The notes under the pieces were generated by a model. It was not told the origin of the DNA, made no database searches, and saw nothing but the letters and a program-made list of their open reading frames with translations. A stretch of DNA of 64,000 bases from contig CAKKNE010000003.1 of NCBI GenBank assembly GCA_918797485.1, positions 372,001 to 436,000 of the forward strand. The letters run 5' to 3'. Positions 9,042 through 18,300 of the stretch are shown here, in pieces. Made by a program: the position numbers and the translations under genes. The DNA is from Pelagomonas calceolata (lineage: Eukaryota). How positions within the stretch are numbered: position 1 is the first letter of the stretch; the number at the start of each line of letters is the position of its first letter.

Positions 9042-11204
9042 TCAGCAGACCTTCATGCTGCAAGCCAGCCCGTTGCAGGCGCAGTCGCTCGAATCGTACT
9101 GGTCCACGTCCTGCGGTTCCCCGACCTTGTAAAAGCCGTTGGTGCCGGGATGACGGATGCGGTGTTCCTCAAAGGGCCAGAATACTGGGCTGAGGATGAG
9201 GCCCGCGTGCTTGAGCGAGTTGGGCCCCGTGGCTTCCTTGCTGAAGATGGCTGTAGCGCCGAACGGGAAGCACATGCACACCCAGCAGCCCGCGATCTCG
9301 TCCGTCGAGATCAGGCCGCCCGGCGGGCTATGGCTTGGAGGACTCGAATGGCCCGGCTGGGCGGTGGTCGCCGCCGCGCGCGCTCCCGGCGTGCCGCAGC
9401 CTGAACAGGCTGGGTGGGGGAAATTCCCGCCGCAGACCCGGCACGCGGTGGTCGGCGCCACGCGCGCGGCGGCCCTTGCGCGCTCAAGGCGCGCCGCCTC
9501 AAGGCGCGCCGCCTCGTCTCGCCGGGCCCGCTCCGCTGCCGCTTCCCTCGCGCGGGCGGCCTCGCGGCGCGCCGCCTCGTCTCGCGCGGCGTCGCGGTTA
9601 TGCTCTTCGTGTTGCGCTTGCAGCCGCGCATAGAGAGCTGCGTTTGGATCACTCGCTGCCGCGTTTCCCGTCGGCCTCGCCGGGGCCGGCGCGGTTCCGC
9701 CTTGGACATTGACAATCGCCTGCACGATGTGTATCTCGTGACCGCCGCCGACGCCGCTGCCGCCCACGCGGTAGCCGAATTGCACGCGACGCCCGCGGAG
9801 CGAAAACGGCAGTTGGACCCCCAAGCGGGTGATTGCATGCGGGGCTTCGTTCCCAGAGAGGGGCTGCCACGTGCCATAGTATGGCGTGCCGCCAGTGGTA
9901 CGCGCGAACACCATGCCCTTCCGATTGCCCCAGCCTTGGTCGTGCCACTGGCACGTGAGACCGGTCGCGCCTTCAATTTCACCGCCCCACGAAGAAATGG
10001 CGTTGGTACTCAAAGTGTCGTGCACGTCCCTCAGACTGACGGAGTTGGGGCGCTCTCTCGCTGCCGCTTGCACGTGATGGGCTGCAAGCCTCAGGGATTC
10101 AACTCCGCGGAGATATGCGTCTTGCGCGGCGTCGGCGCTGCCCCGCTCCATCGGCCTCGCCGAGGTCGGCGCCCCAGTGTGCGGCGTCGATACCCACCGG
10201 CGAATCAGCGATTCAGCGACGCGTGCCTCGGACTCCCCGTCGTCGTATAGGATGTTGTACAGCTTGTTATTGTAGCCGCCGCGAACGGCTGTGATCTTGC
10301 CGGTGAACCACTGGTTGCCGCCGCGGCACCGCACCTCGACGCGCTGGTTAACCGCGAATGCGGCTCGCGCGCGCTCGCGGCGCGCCGCCTCGTCTCGCCG
10401 GGCCCGCTCCGCTGCCGCTTCCCTCGCGCGGGCGGCCTCGCGGCGCGCCGCCTCGTCGCGCTCCCTCGCGGCGCGGGCGGCCTCGCGGCGCGCCGCCTCG
10501 TCGCGCTCCCTCGCGCGGGCGGCCTCGCGGCGCGCCGCCTCGTCGCGCTCCCTCGCGCGGGCGGCCTCGCGGCGCACCGCCTCGTCGCGTGCGGCGCGGA
10601 GCTCCGCGCGGGCCCGCTCCGCCTCGGCTCGCGCGGCGTCGGCGCGGCCCCGCTCCGGGGCCGGCGCGGATTCCGCCGAGACGGGGGTTCGACAGACAGG
10701 GCAGGACCGGTGCGCCGGGAGCCACCGCTGCAGGCACGCGCGGTGGAAGACGTGCGCGCAGGGCAGCCGCTGGTCGCCACCCCGGATCGGTTCCTGGCAG
10801 ATGACGCACTGAACCGCCTCAGCCCTTGATGCCGCCGCCTCGCGCTGGCGCTCGCGCTCCTCGGTCTCCTCCCGCCGGGACCGCTCGACGGCCTCGCGCC
10901 GCGCCGCCGCGTCCTCCGCCTCCGCGTGCTGCTGCCGCGTCGCGTCGCGGTCCTGCGCCTCCGAGGCCCTCGCGTCTTCCGCAGGGCGAGGAGCAGCGCC
11001 GACACTTTGTCCATCGACGAGCTGGGCGCCGCCCGGTATGCGCCCGAAGCATCCCTCGCAGAGGGCGTGGCCGCAGGGCAGGGCCACGACGGGTTCCGCC
11101 GTCTCTAAGCAGACGGGACAATGGGCCGATGCGAAGACTCTGTTCCCACAGGCGCGCCGCGGGGGCCGCGTGCGGCAGATGGGGCAGGCGAGACGGCCTG
11201 CCAT
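9042..11204 (-). CDS. RING-HC + RING-H2 + Tudor/Agenet-like domain protein (putative E3 ligase), paralog B
   Basis: 720-aa ORF. Shared modules are near-identical in DNA to paralog A but in a different order; divergent C-terminal domain IAGCWVCMCFP...CSMKVC. Confidence 0.87.
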   Translation of the reverse strand: MAGRLACPICRTRPPRRACGNRVFASAHCPVCLETAEPVVALPCGHALCEGCFGRIPGGAQLVDGQSVGAAPRPAEDARASEAQDRDATRQQHAEAEDAAARREAVERSRREETEERERQREAAASRAEAVQCVICQEPIRGGDQRLPCAHVFHRACLQRWLPAHRSCPVCRTPVSAESAPAPERGRADAARAEAERARAELRAARDEAVRREAARARERDEAARREAARARERDEAARREAARAARERDEAARREAARAREAAAERARRDEAARRERARAAFAVNQRVEVRCRGGNQWFTGKITAVRGGYNNKLYNILYDDGESEARVAESLIRRWVSTPHTGAPTSARPMERGSADAAQDAYLRGVESLRLAAHHVQAAARERPNSVSLRDVHDTLSTNAISSWGGEIEGATGLTCQWHDQGWGNRKGMVFARTTGGTPYYGTWQPLSGNEAPHAITRLGVQLPFSLRGRRVQFGYRVGGSGVGGGHEIHIVQAIVNVQGGTAPAPARPTGNAAASDPNAALYARLQAQHEEHNRDAARDEAARREAARAREAAAERARRDEAARLEAARLERARAAARVAPTTACRVCGGNFPHPACSGCGTPGARAAATTAQPGHSSPPSHSPPGGLISTDEIAGCWVCMCFPFGATAIFSKEATGPNSLKHAGLILSPVFWPFEEHRIRHPGTNGFYKVGEPQDVDQYDSSDCACNGLACSMKVC
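10375..10600 (-). repeat. Coding tandem repeat, ~42-nt unit (ARERDEAARREAAR)
   Basis: tcgcgctccctcgcgcgggcggcctcgcggcgcgccgcctcg recurs with a 42-nt period (e.g. 10501, 10543). Confidence 0.85.
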
Positions 11205-11453
11205 CGGTCAATAAGGCGCTTGGCAGGGCAGCGCAGCACCGGCCGTGGGCTGCGAGTTCCCGTCGACTACTAGTTCGCCCTGCATGCAGATATTTGGGCT
11301 GCCTTAAACTTTAGGCAGCCACTAATAATGCTGCAAGCCATCGGAGGCTCTAGAGCCGCCAGGCTGGACGGCGTCCGGACGCTCCGGCCGGACTCCGGAC
11401 CCGTCGGCCGACGACTGGATCAGTCCGGCCTGGCCGACCGAAACCCGCACCTC

Positions 11454-11477
11454 GCTAGCGGCTGGTAAGACACTAGC
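11454..11477 (+). promoter_or_regulatory. Conserved upstream motif, copy 2
   Basis: GCTAGCGGCTGGTAAGACACTAGC between divergent RING paralog B and ERD2. Confidence 0.65.
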
Positions 11478-11696
11478 AAGCAGGCAAAAACGCGGCGGCC
11501 GGGCCGATTGCGTGAAACGAGGGTAAGCGAAGCAGCCGAGGTCCTTCATTTTTACTGCGTCGACGCCAGCGCCGCGTTCCCGGAAAAGCAGCCGTCTGCG
11601 GGTCCAGGGAACGAAAAACAGCTAAACCCAGCCACTAATAGAGTTCCACGCCGCGCGCGCACGACAAGCCGCCAGGAGGCGCAACCCGCCGCGAAA

Positions 11697-12359
11697 ATGA
11701 ACATCTTTCGCTTCGCCGGCGACATGTCCCACGTCGTCTCCATCCTCGTGTTACTGTTGCGGCTCCGGTCGAGCAAAAGCGCCGTCGGCATCTCCCTAAA
11801 GACGCAGGAACTCTTCCTCATCGTCTTCGTGACGCGCTACCTCGATTTGTTCACGACGTTTTATAGTTTGTACAACTCCTTCATGAAGGTCGCGTACATC
11901 GCGTCCACAACCTACATCATCTGGATGATCCGGTTCCAGGAGCCGTACAAGTCGAAGTACGACGCGTCCCAGGACTCCTTCCTGCACATCAAGTTCGCGG
12001 TGGCGCCCTGCGCGGGATTAGCATTATTTGCCTGCCTGGTCAAGGGCGAGCTGTCGCCGATCGACATTTTGTGGACGTTTTCCATTTTCCTGGAGGCCTT
12101 GGCCATCGTGCCCCAGTTGTTTGTGCTGCAGAGATACCGAGAAGTGGAAAATCTCACAGGACACTACGTCTTCTTCCTGGGCGCCTACCGCGGCTTATAC
12201 ATCCTCAACTGGGTGTACCGGTCCTACTACGAGCAGTTCTACCGCCACAACTGGCTGGTCTACGTCTCGGGGGCGGTGCAGACGGCGCTCTACGTCGACT
12301 TTTTCTACTACTACGTCGTCTCGAAGTACTACGGCGGCAAGCTGACGCTGCCCACGTGA
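11697..12359 (+). CDS. ERD2: ER lumen protein-retaining (KDEL/HDEL) receptor
   Basis: MNIFRFAGDMSH, GISLKTQELF, TRYLDLF, WTFSIFLEALAIVPQL, GAYRGLYILNW, QTALYVDFFYYY; 220 aa. Confidence 0.97.
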   Translation: MNIFRFAGDMSHVVSILVLLLRLRSSKSAVGISLKTQELFLIVFVTRYLDLFTTFYSLYNSFMKVAYIASTTYIIWMIRFQEPYKSKYDASQDSFLHIKFAVAPCAGLALFACLVKGELSPIDILWTFSIFLEALAIVPQLFVLQRYREVENLTGHYVFFLGAYRGLYILNWVYRSYYEQFYRHNWLVYVSGAVQTALYVDFFYYYVVSKYYGGKLTLPT

Positions 12360-12462
12360 GCGCGTACACCAGGCCCTTCCTCGCGTAAACACACAATCAT
12401 TAAATTACTCTGCGTCGGTGGCATGCGGCCGGGCGCCACACGCCATCGACGCGACGCTCGCC

Positions 12463-13740
12463 TTAAGAGTCGTCGTAGAACGGTTTCCGCGCGCCCGCCG
12501 TCGCGAGGCTCGACAGGACGAGCTCGACGTAGAGGCGCGCACCGTTGGCCGTGAAGAGCGGCCGGACCCACGCCGTCGTCCGGAGCCGCCGCCGAACGTC
12601 GGCCGCGGCGAGCGCCGCGAGCCGCGCCGGCAGCGCTTCAATTTCGTCGTCCGTGGCGACGGCGCCGACGTCGCCCCAGCGCAAACCCAAATTCGCGTAG
12701 GGCAGCTGCGCCTCGATCGCCGCGTGGGTCAAGTGCGTCTCGTCCGCCGCGGGCGCGCGCCGGAAGCCGCCCTTCACGCGCTTGCCCCCCAGCCGCTTCC
12801 CCCGTATCATGTGCGCCTCGTACACGTAGACGGCCAGCGCGCCGGCCTGCACGGCCTCCCCGAGCATGAAGGTGGCGGGGTAGGACCCGCGCGGCGCGAG
12901 CACGAAGAGCGACTTCCGCAAGTTCTCCGCGTAGTCCGGATACTTGCTCTTGCCGCCCTGGCCGCAGCGCCCGACGTCGACCGCCAGCGTCGCCGTCGCC
13001 ACGACGTCGCGCGCCAGGCGGTTGCGGAGCTTCGACGTGCACGAGCCGCGGAAGAAGATTCGATGAATACGCTCTTGTGACGACGCGTTGACCTCGCGGC
13101 TCGCGCGGAAGAGTAAAGGCAGCGGGACGTCGTGCGGGTCGGGCCGTTTCCCCGCCGAGAGGCGGGCCAGGCTCTCGAGGCGCGTCGTGAAGCGCACGGC
13201 CACTTTACTTAACGCGTCGGAGAGCGGCGTCGCCACGCTGAGCGACCCCGGCGTGTGGGCCTCGCGCGCGGTCGCGCCGCCCGCGCGGCGCTCCATGACC
13301 AGGATCTGGCGCCGGTCCGCCTGGCTCAACACAACAACGTGCGGATAATGTGGAGAGAGCTTGGAGAAGAGCGCCGCCGCGTCTCGCAAAGGCGCATAAT
13401 TCAGACCCGGCGCGTGCCGCCGGAAGCCGTGCAATTCCACGATGTGGTGCCACGGCAGTAATACGAACGTGAAGTTCCCGAAGCGCGGTGGGTGGTGGGA
13501 CCACGCCTCCCACAAATCACGATCCAACAAGACGTCGTAGTCGGAAACGATCTCCGGCCGCCAGAAGGGCGCGCACCAGTCGAGGACTCGCCGCTGGTAC
13601 GCGGCCCAGCCATCATTAGCTTGTGTGTGGTGGATGTGGCTGTGCAGCCATTGCTCGAGGTCCTCGGTCTGCGGCGGCAGCTGGGGCAGCGGCACCATGC
13701 GCGTGGCCGCCGCTATTCCAACTAGCCAGAGCCCTTTCAT
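12463..13740 (-). CDS. Exostosin-like (GT47) glycosyltransferase-family protein
   Basis: Signal/anchor peptide; IFFRGS, YAENLRKSLFVLAPRG, EAVQAGALAVYV, LPY...W. Confidence 0.75.
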   Translation of the reverse strand: MKGLWLVGIAAATRMVPLPQLPPQTEDLEQWLHSHIHHTQANDGWAAYQRRVLDWCAPFWRPEIVSDYDVLLDRDLWEAWSHHPPRFGNFTFVLLPWHHIVELHGFRRHAPGLNYAPLRDAAALFSKLSPHYPHVVVLSQADRRQILVMERRAGGATAREAHTPGSLSVATPLSDALSKVAVRFTTRLESLARLSAGKRPDPHDVPLPLLFRASREVNASSQERIHRIFFRGSCTSKLRNRLARDVVATATLAVDVGRCGQGGKSKYPDYAENLRKSLFVLAPRGSYPATFMLGEAVQAGALAVYVYEAHMIRGKRLGGKRVKGGFRRAPAADETHLTHAAIEAQLPYANLGLRWGDVGAVATDDEIEALPARLAALAAADVRRRLRTTAWVRPLFTANGARLYVELVLSSLATAGARKPFYDDS

Positions 13741-13849
13741 GCTGCCCGCCGCATGCTGCCCATCGGTTGGTGTCTACAGCGATAGCTGCCGCATCGATGG
13801 CGTCTCACAAGAGCATTTAATGGCGTGAGACCATCGTGTGCCCAGCTTT

Positions 13850-13872
13850 CTAGTGTCTTACATGCCGCTAGC
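13850..13872 (-). promoter_or_regulatory. Conserved upstream motif, copy 3
   Basis: Minus strand GCTAGCGGCATGTAAGACACTAG between divergent GT47 and alpha-galactosidase genes. Confidence 0.65.
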
Positions 13873-13935
13873 TCTGCGCACCGGAGCTGAGAGCAAAAAT
13901 CGACCCAGTGGGCCACACGCTTGAGCCTGGCAGCA

Positions 13936-15305
13936 ATGCCGCACTCCTTAGCATCAATGCTGCTCTTGTTGGCAAGCGCTGCAGCCCAAAAGCCACAGCT
14001 AGCACAAACACCACCGATGGGCTGGATGTCGTGGCAAGCCTTCCGGTGCGAAGTGGACTGCGCAAAACCAGACGCGTGCATCAACGAGCGCCTGTACAAA
14101 GAAATGGCCGACAGGCTCCGCGACGACGGCTACGTCGCTGCTGGGTACCGCACCATCAGCATCGACGATTGCTGGGAGGCTGGCGTGCCAGGCATGCTGC
14201 GCCGCCCTGGTGAACAACTGATGATGAACGCGACTCGCTTCTCCAGTGGGCCGAAAAGTCTAGCTGACTACATCCACGCGCGCGGCGCAAAGTTCGGCAT
14301 CTACAGCGACGAGGGCACAAAAACGTGCCAGGGCTACTACGGTTCAGAAGGATACGAAGACCTCGACGCCAAAACGTTCGCGGCCTGGGGCGTGGACTAC
14401 CTCAAGCTCGACGGGTGTAATAATGACGCCAAGGGCTTCGCGACGGGCTACCCCGCGATGGGCCGGGCGCTGCAGCAGTCGGGCCGCGACATCGTGTACA
14501 GCTGCAGTTGGCCCGCCTACATCGGGGACGACGAATCCGTGAAACCGTACGATGCGATGTCCGAGGCTGGTTGCCACCTCTGGCGGAACTGGCACGACGT
14601 CCAGTGCGAGTGGTCTTCTGTCCGGACGATCATGAACCACTGGGGCAATAACACGGCGGCCCTCGAGAAGGCCGCGGGCCCCGGACGCTGGAACGACCCG
14701 GCACGCCCCCGCGCTTAAATTTACAATTCAAGGTTCCTCCGCGTCACGGATTGATTCCGCACAGGACATGCTTCTCGCTGGCAACGACTGCGTGACCGAC
14801 GACGAGGCGACGACGCAATTTGTTATCTGGTCGATCGTGGCGGCTCCGCTCATCATGGGCAACGTAGCATCCTGCGTCCTTCCTTCGACTTGCGTGGGTC
14901 ACATCGGCGACCATTGACGCGTCCGCCGCGCAGGACCTACGCAAAGTGCCAGCCTCGATGAAAAAGCTCCTCCTGAACCCGGAGATCATTGCGATCGACC
15001 AGGACCCGCTCGGCAAGCCAGGCGGGCGGCGGACCAAGTACCCGGGTAGCATCGAGGTCTGGACGCGGGAGCTGAGCGGTGGGGATCTCGGGGTGGCGGT
15101 CTACTTCGACGCGCCGGGCAGGTTCGCCCTCGAGGCCGGGCGCGTGGGCTGGACCGCGCCGCTGGTGGCCGTGCGCGACGTGGTCAACCGGACGTCTCTG
15201 GGCTTATTCAGGCGTGACGCGGTGATCGGCGTGGAGTCGTCGACCGCGCATTCCGTGCGGTGCTTTCGGTTCTCACGGCTCTTCGGCTCGGCGACTATTG
15301 TGTAA
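13936..15305 (+). CDS. Alpha-galactosidase / alpha-N-acetylgalactosaminidase (GH27); exons 13936-14700, 14765-14863, 14934-15305
   Basis: TPPMGWMSW, IDDCW, WGVDYLKLDGC, YSCSWP. Removing introns 14701-14764 (GC-AG) and 14864-14933 (GT-AG) restores WNDP|DML and APLIMGN|DLR..IAIDQDPLG. Confidence 0.93.
14701..14764 (+). other. 64-nt GC-AG intron, Introner-like
   Basis: GCACGC...TTCCGCACAG; contains an in-frame TAA; removal restores WNDPDML. Confidence 0.8.
14864..14933 (+). mobile_element. 70-nt Introner-like intron
   Basis: Donor GTAGCATC, then CTGCG...CGCAG inverted ends; internal CCATTGACGCG core variant. Confidence 0.6.
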
Positions 15306-15398
15306 GTGAAATAGATACCCTCTTTAACACACAACACGGGGTGACACACAGCAAAGGGTAGGCGGGGCAGGCGCTTCTGCGCGGCCCGGCATTGAATT

Positions 15399-18300
15399 CT
15401 AGCGCGGATCTTCGTCGGCGCCACCGGTCTCGTCGGTCTCGTCGGTCGGCAAAGGTGTCGGCGACGGCGCGCGATAACGCCAACTATTGCGGTAAACGTC
15501 GCGGACATAGCCCCGCAAGCCACCTGGCGACTGGGGCCCAGCATAGCGCTCGAGCCCTTCGAGCACAGCCGCGTCCGGCGCCGGCGCGCGCCGTCTCGTT
15601 TGGGGAGGCGTGGATGGTGTGGGGTTCGCATAGTTCTGGAGCGCGGAAACTTGGTCAGGCGACGGTGAGCGGTCTGGCATCGGCGTGGCGTACGCTCGTA
15701 AAGCGGCTTCCTCGTCCGGCGAGGGCGTCCGGGACGGCTCCACCGGACCGGCTGCGCCCTCCGCGTAAGACGTGAGAGCCGCGACCTCGGCGTCCTCGGG
15801 CCCGGGGGACGGCACCGAGGCGAGGAGCCCCGCGAGATGGGCCCTTTCGCTCGAACTGACGCCGCCCGAGCGCTCGAGGCGTTGCTCGCCGCGCGCGCGG
15901 GAGCGTGCCCGGCTGCGGGAGCGGCTGCGGGAGCGACGGCCACGGGGCCGCGTCGGTGGCGCGGGAGGCTCGTCGACGGCCGCAACATCCCCGACAATCT
16001 CCCCAGTCGGCGTGCCCTCGAGAGCGCTGGCCATGGCTTCGATGTCGTCCGCAGTCGACCGACGCGGCCGCACGGTGTCGCCGAAGCGGCGGGCGAGGTC
16101 GCCCACCGACGGTGCCGGTTCCTCGGGCGCCGCTTCCTCTTTCACGCGGTAGATCGCCGCCTCGTCGTCGCGGGTCAGCGGATCGTCGTTCTTGGCCTCC
16201 GCGACGCCTTCGTCGTCATCGTCGTCGTCGTCTTCGATCGTCAAGGTGACGGCCTCGGCCTTCGCCTCGGCCTTCGCCTCGGCGACGCCTTCGTCGTCGT
16301 CGTCCTCGACGGTGAGAGTCACGGCGTCGGCCTTTGCCTCCTCGTTGGCGTCGTAGAGGCCGCGGACGGGGCTCAGGGCGGGGTGCACCGGTGGTGGATC
16401 TCCTCGTCTGTAGCGATCGGCCAAGGTCCGCGTCCGCGCCATCACTCTTGGAGGTAACGCCTGCAGGGCACTCGAGATCTCGCCAAAGTCCCGCGCAGCC
16501 GACCGGCCGCGCTCCACCCGTGCCGTGGCCCGGTCCTCGGACCGCGCGCGCCGCTGCCGCGTCGCCGGCGAGGGGTCTCGCATGCGCGCGTGGCGCCGGC
16601 GCCGCGCCTCGTTCTCCGCGCGGAGCGCCTCCGTCGACCGCCGGGCGGCCTCGGCCGCCTGCCGCAGGTTCGACGCCGCCTCGGTCGCGGCGACGGCGGC
16701 GGCCGTCGTCGCCGACGCGGCGAAGGAGCCCGGCGGCGGCGGCGGCACGTCGGCCAGCTTGCGTTGTAACGCGTCCATGTGCGGGTGCGCGGGTGCCGGC
16801 GCTTCGAAGCGGCGGCGGAGGTCGTCCACCGACGGCGACGACGGTTCGGCGGGCGGCGGCGGCGGCTCGATCGGTTCGGCCTCGGGCGGCGGCGGTGGTT
16901 CGAGGGGCGGCCGCGGCTTGATCTTCTTCTTCTTCGGCGGCGGCGCGGGCTGATCGACCGGAACGGGCGTCTCCAGCGCGCGCATGAGCGCGTCCTCGAC
17001 CGACGGTGACGACGGTTCGGGGTCGGGCAGCGGCGGCTCGGTCGGCGGACGGGGCTTGATCTTCTTCTTCTTGGGTGGCACAGGCTCATCGAGCGCGCGC
17101 ATGAGCCCATCTAAATCATCCCGGTCGTCGATCTGGACGTCGATGATCGTATCGTCCGTCGTGTCGTCCACGCAGCACGCGCGGGGCTTCCACTGCTTCT
17201 TCGTCGGCCTGTCCGCCTTGTGGGGCTTCGGGTGCTTGTTGCGATACGCCCGGCGCCACATGTCGATGGCCAAGCCAATCGTGGCCAGGACCACTAAACC
17301 ATTAATCGCCGCGCAGAGCCTCGCGGCATTGTCTGAAGGGTCCTCCTGATACGCCCGGAACTTGACCAAGAAATGCAACACCGCAAACCCACCGGACGAC
17401 AGCGCCGCCAACACGCAAAATCTAGAATCGGGAAATCCGATCTTCTCGACGCGCTTGCCGTGCCGCCCGTGGTGCTTCATGATCGTCCCGTGCACGACCC
17501 TACCGTCGCGCGCCGGGTGGTGGAAGGCCACGCGCTGCCCCTCCTTCAAGCGATGGTGCGCCTTGACGGCGTGCACGAGCCTCCGACCCATCGCCGAGGC
17601 CTGGTGTTCCAATCCTCTGCCTAGCCGCGACGCCTGGTGCTCCAACCCATGAGCCATGTGCGACAGCCCGTCCATGAGCCCGTGGCCGACGTGGCCGAGG
17701 TGCGACGCCTGATGCTCCAGGTCGTGATGCAGGTCGTGGCCGAGCGTGTGGTGGGGGTGCGTGACGCGAAACGACAGTTCCTTCGCCGTCGTTTCGACGC
17801 GGTGCTCCGACGCGTGCTCCCGCCCCTCGAGCGCGCTCATCAGCGCGTGCGCGTCGTGCGCGTGCACCAGAATGTGCGGGTCCCTCCGCAGTTTCTCCGC
17901 CGCGATGACGGCGTGCCCGGCCGCCCGGAAGCGGGGGAGCAGGCTCCGCGACTGGTCCGGCGTTACCGGTGGCGATTCGACTTTGAGGTCGCGCGTGCTC
18001 GCCGCGCGGACCTTCTGCACGATGTCGCAGCGGTGGAGTTCGTGATCTTCATGGATGTCGCGCGTGTACTTCTTCACGATGGCCTCCAGGAGCTCGGGCT
18101 CGTGGACGCCCTTGGCCTTGTACTTGTCGATCAGAGCGGGCGCTTCTTTCACTTTCTCCGGGTTATGTTTCGCATAAAAAGCGTGGATGTCCTCCCTCGC
18201 TTCTCGATGCCGCTCGGCCCAGGCGTGCGTCCGCGCCAGCATTCTCGCCGACAAATGCGGTGACTCCTCCGCCGCGGGTGGCGCGCCCGCCGCGAAGCCC

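Noticed and set aside
6129..11314. Many overlapping Arg/Ala/Pro-rich ORFs on other frames and strands (also at 15.4-24.4 kb, 35.4-37.5 kb and 52.5-54 kb)
   Set aside because: Shadow ORFs from high GC and stop-codon scarcity; the accepted frames carry the domain motifs.
14701..14945. Apparent frameshifts in alpha-galactosidase
   Set aside because: Explained by two short introns restoring conserved GH27 motifs.
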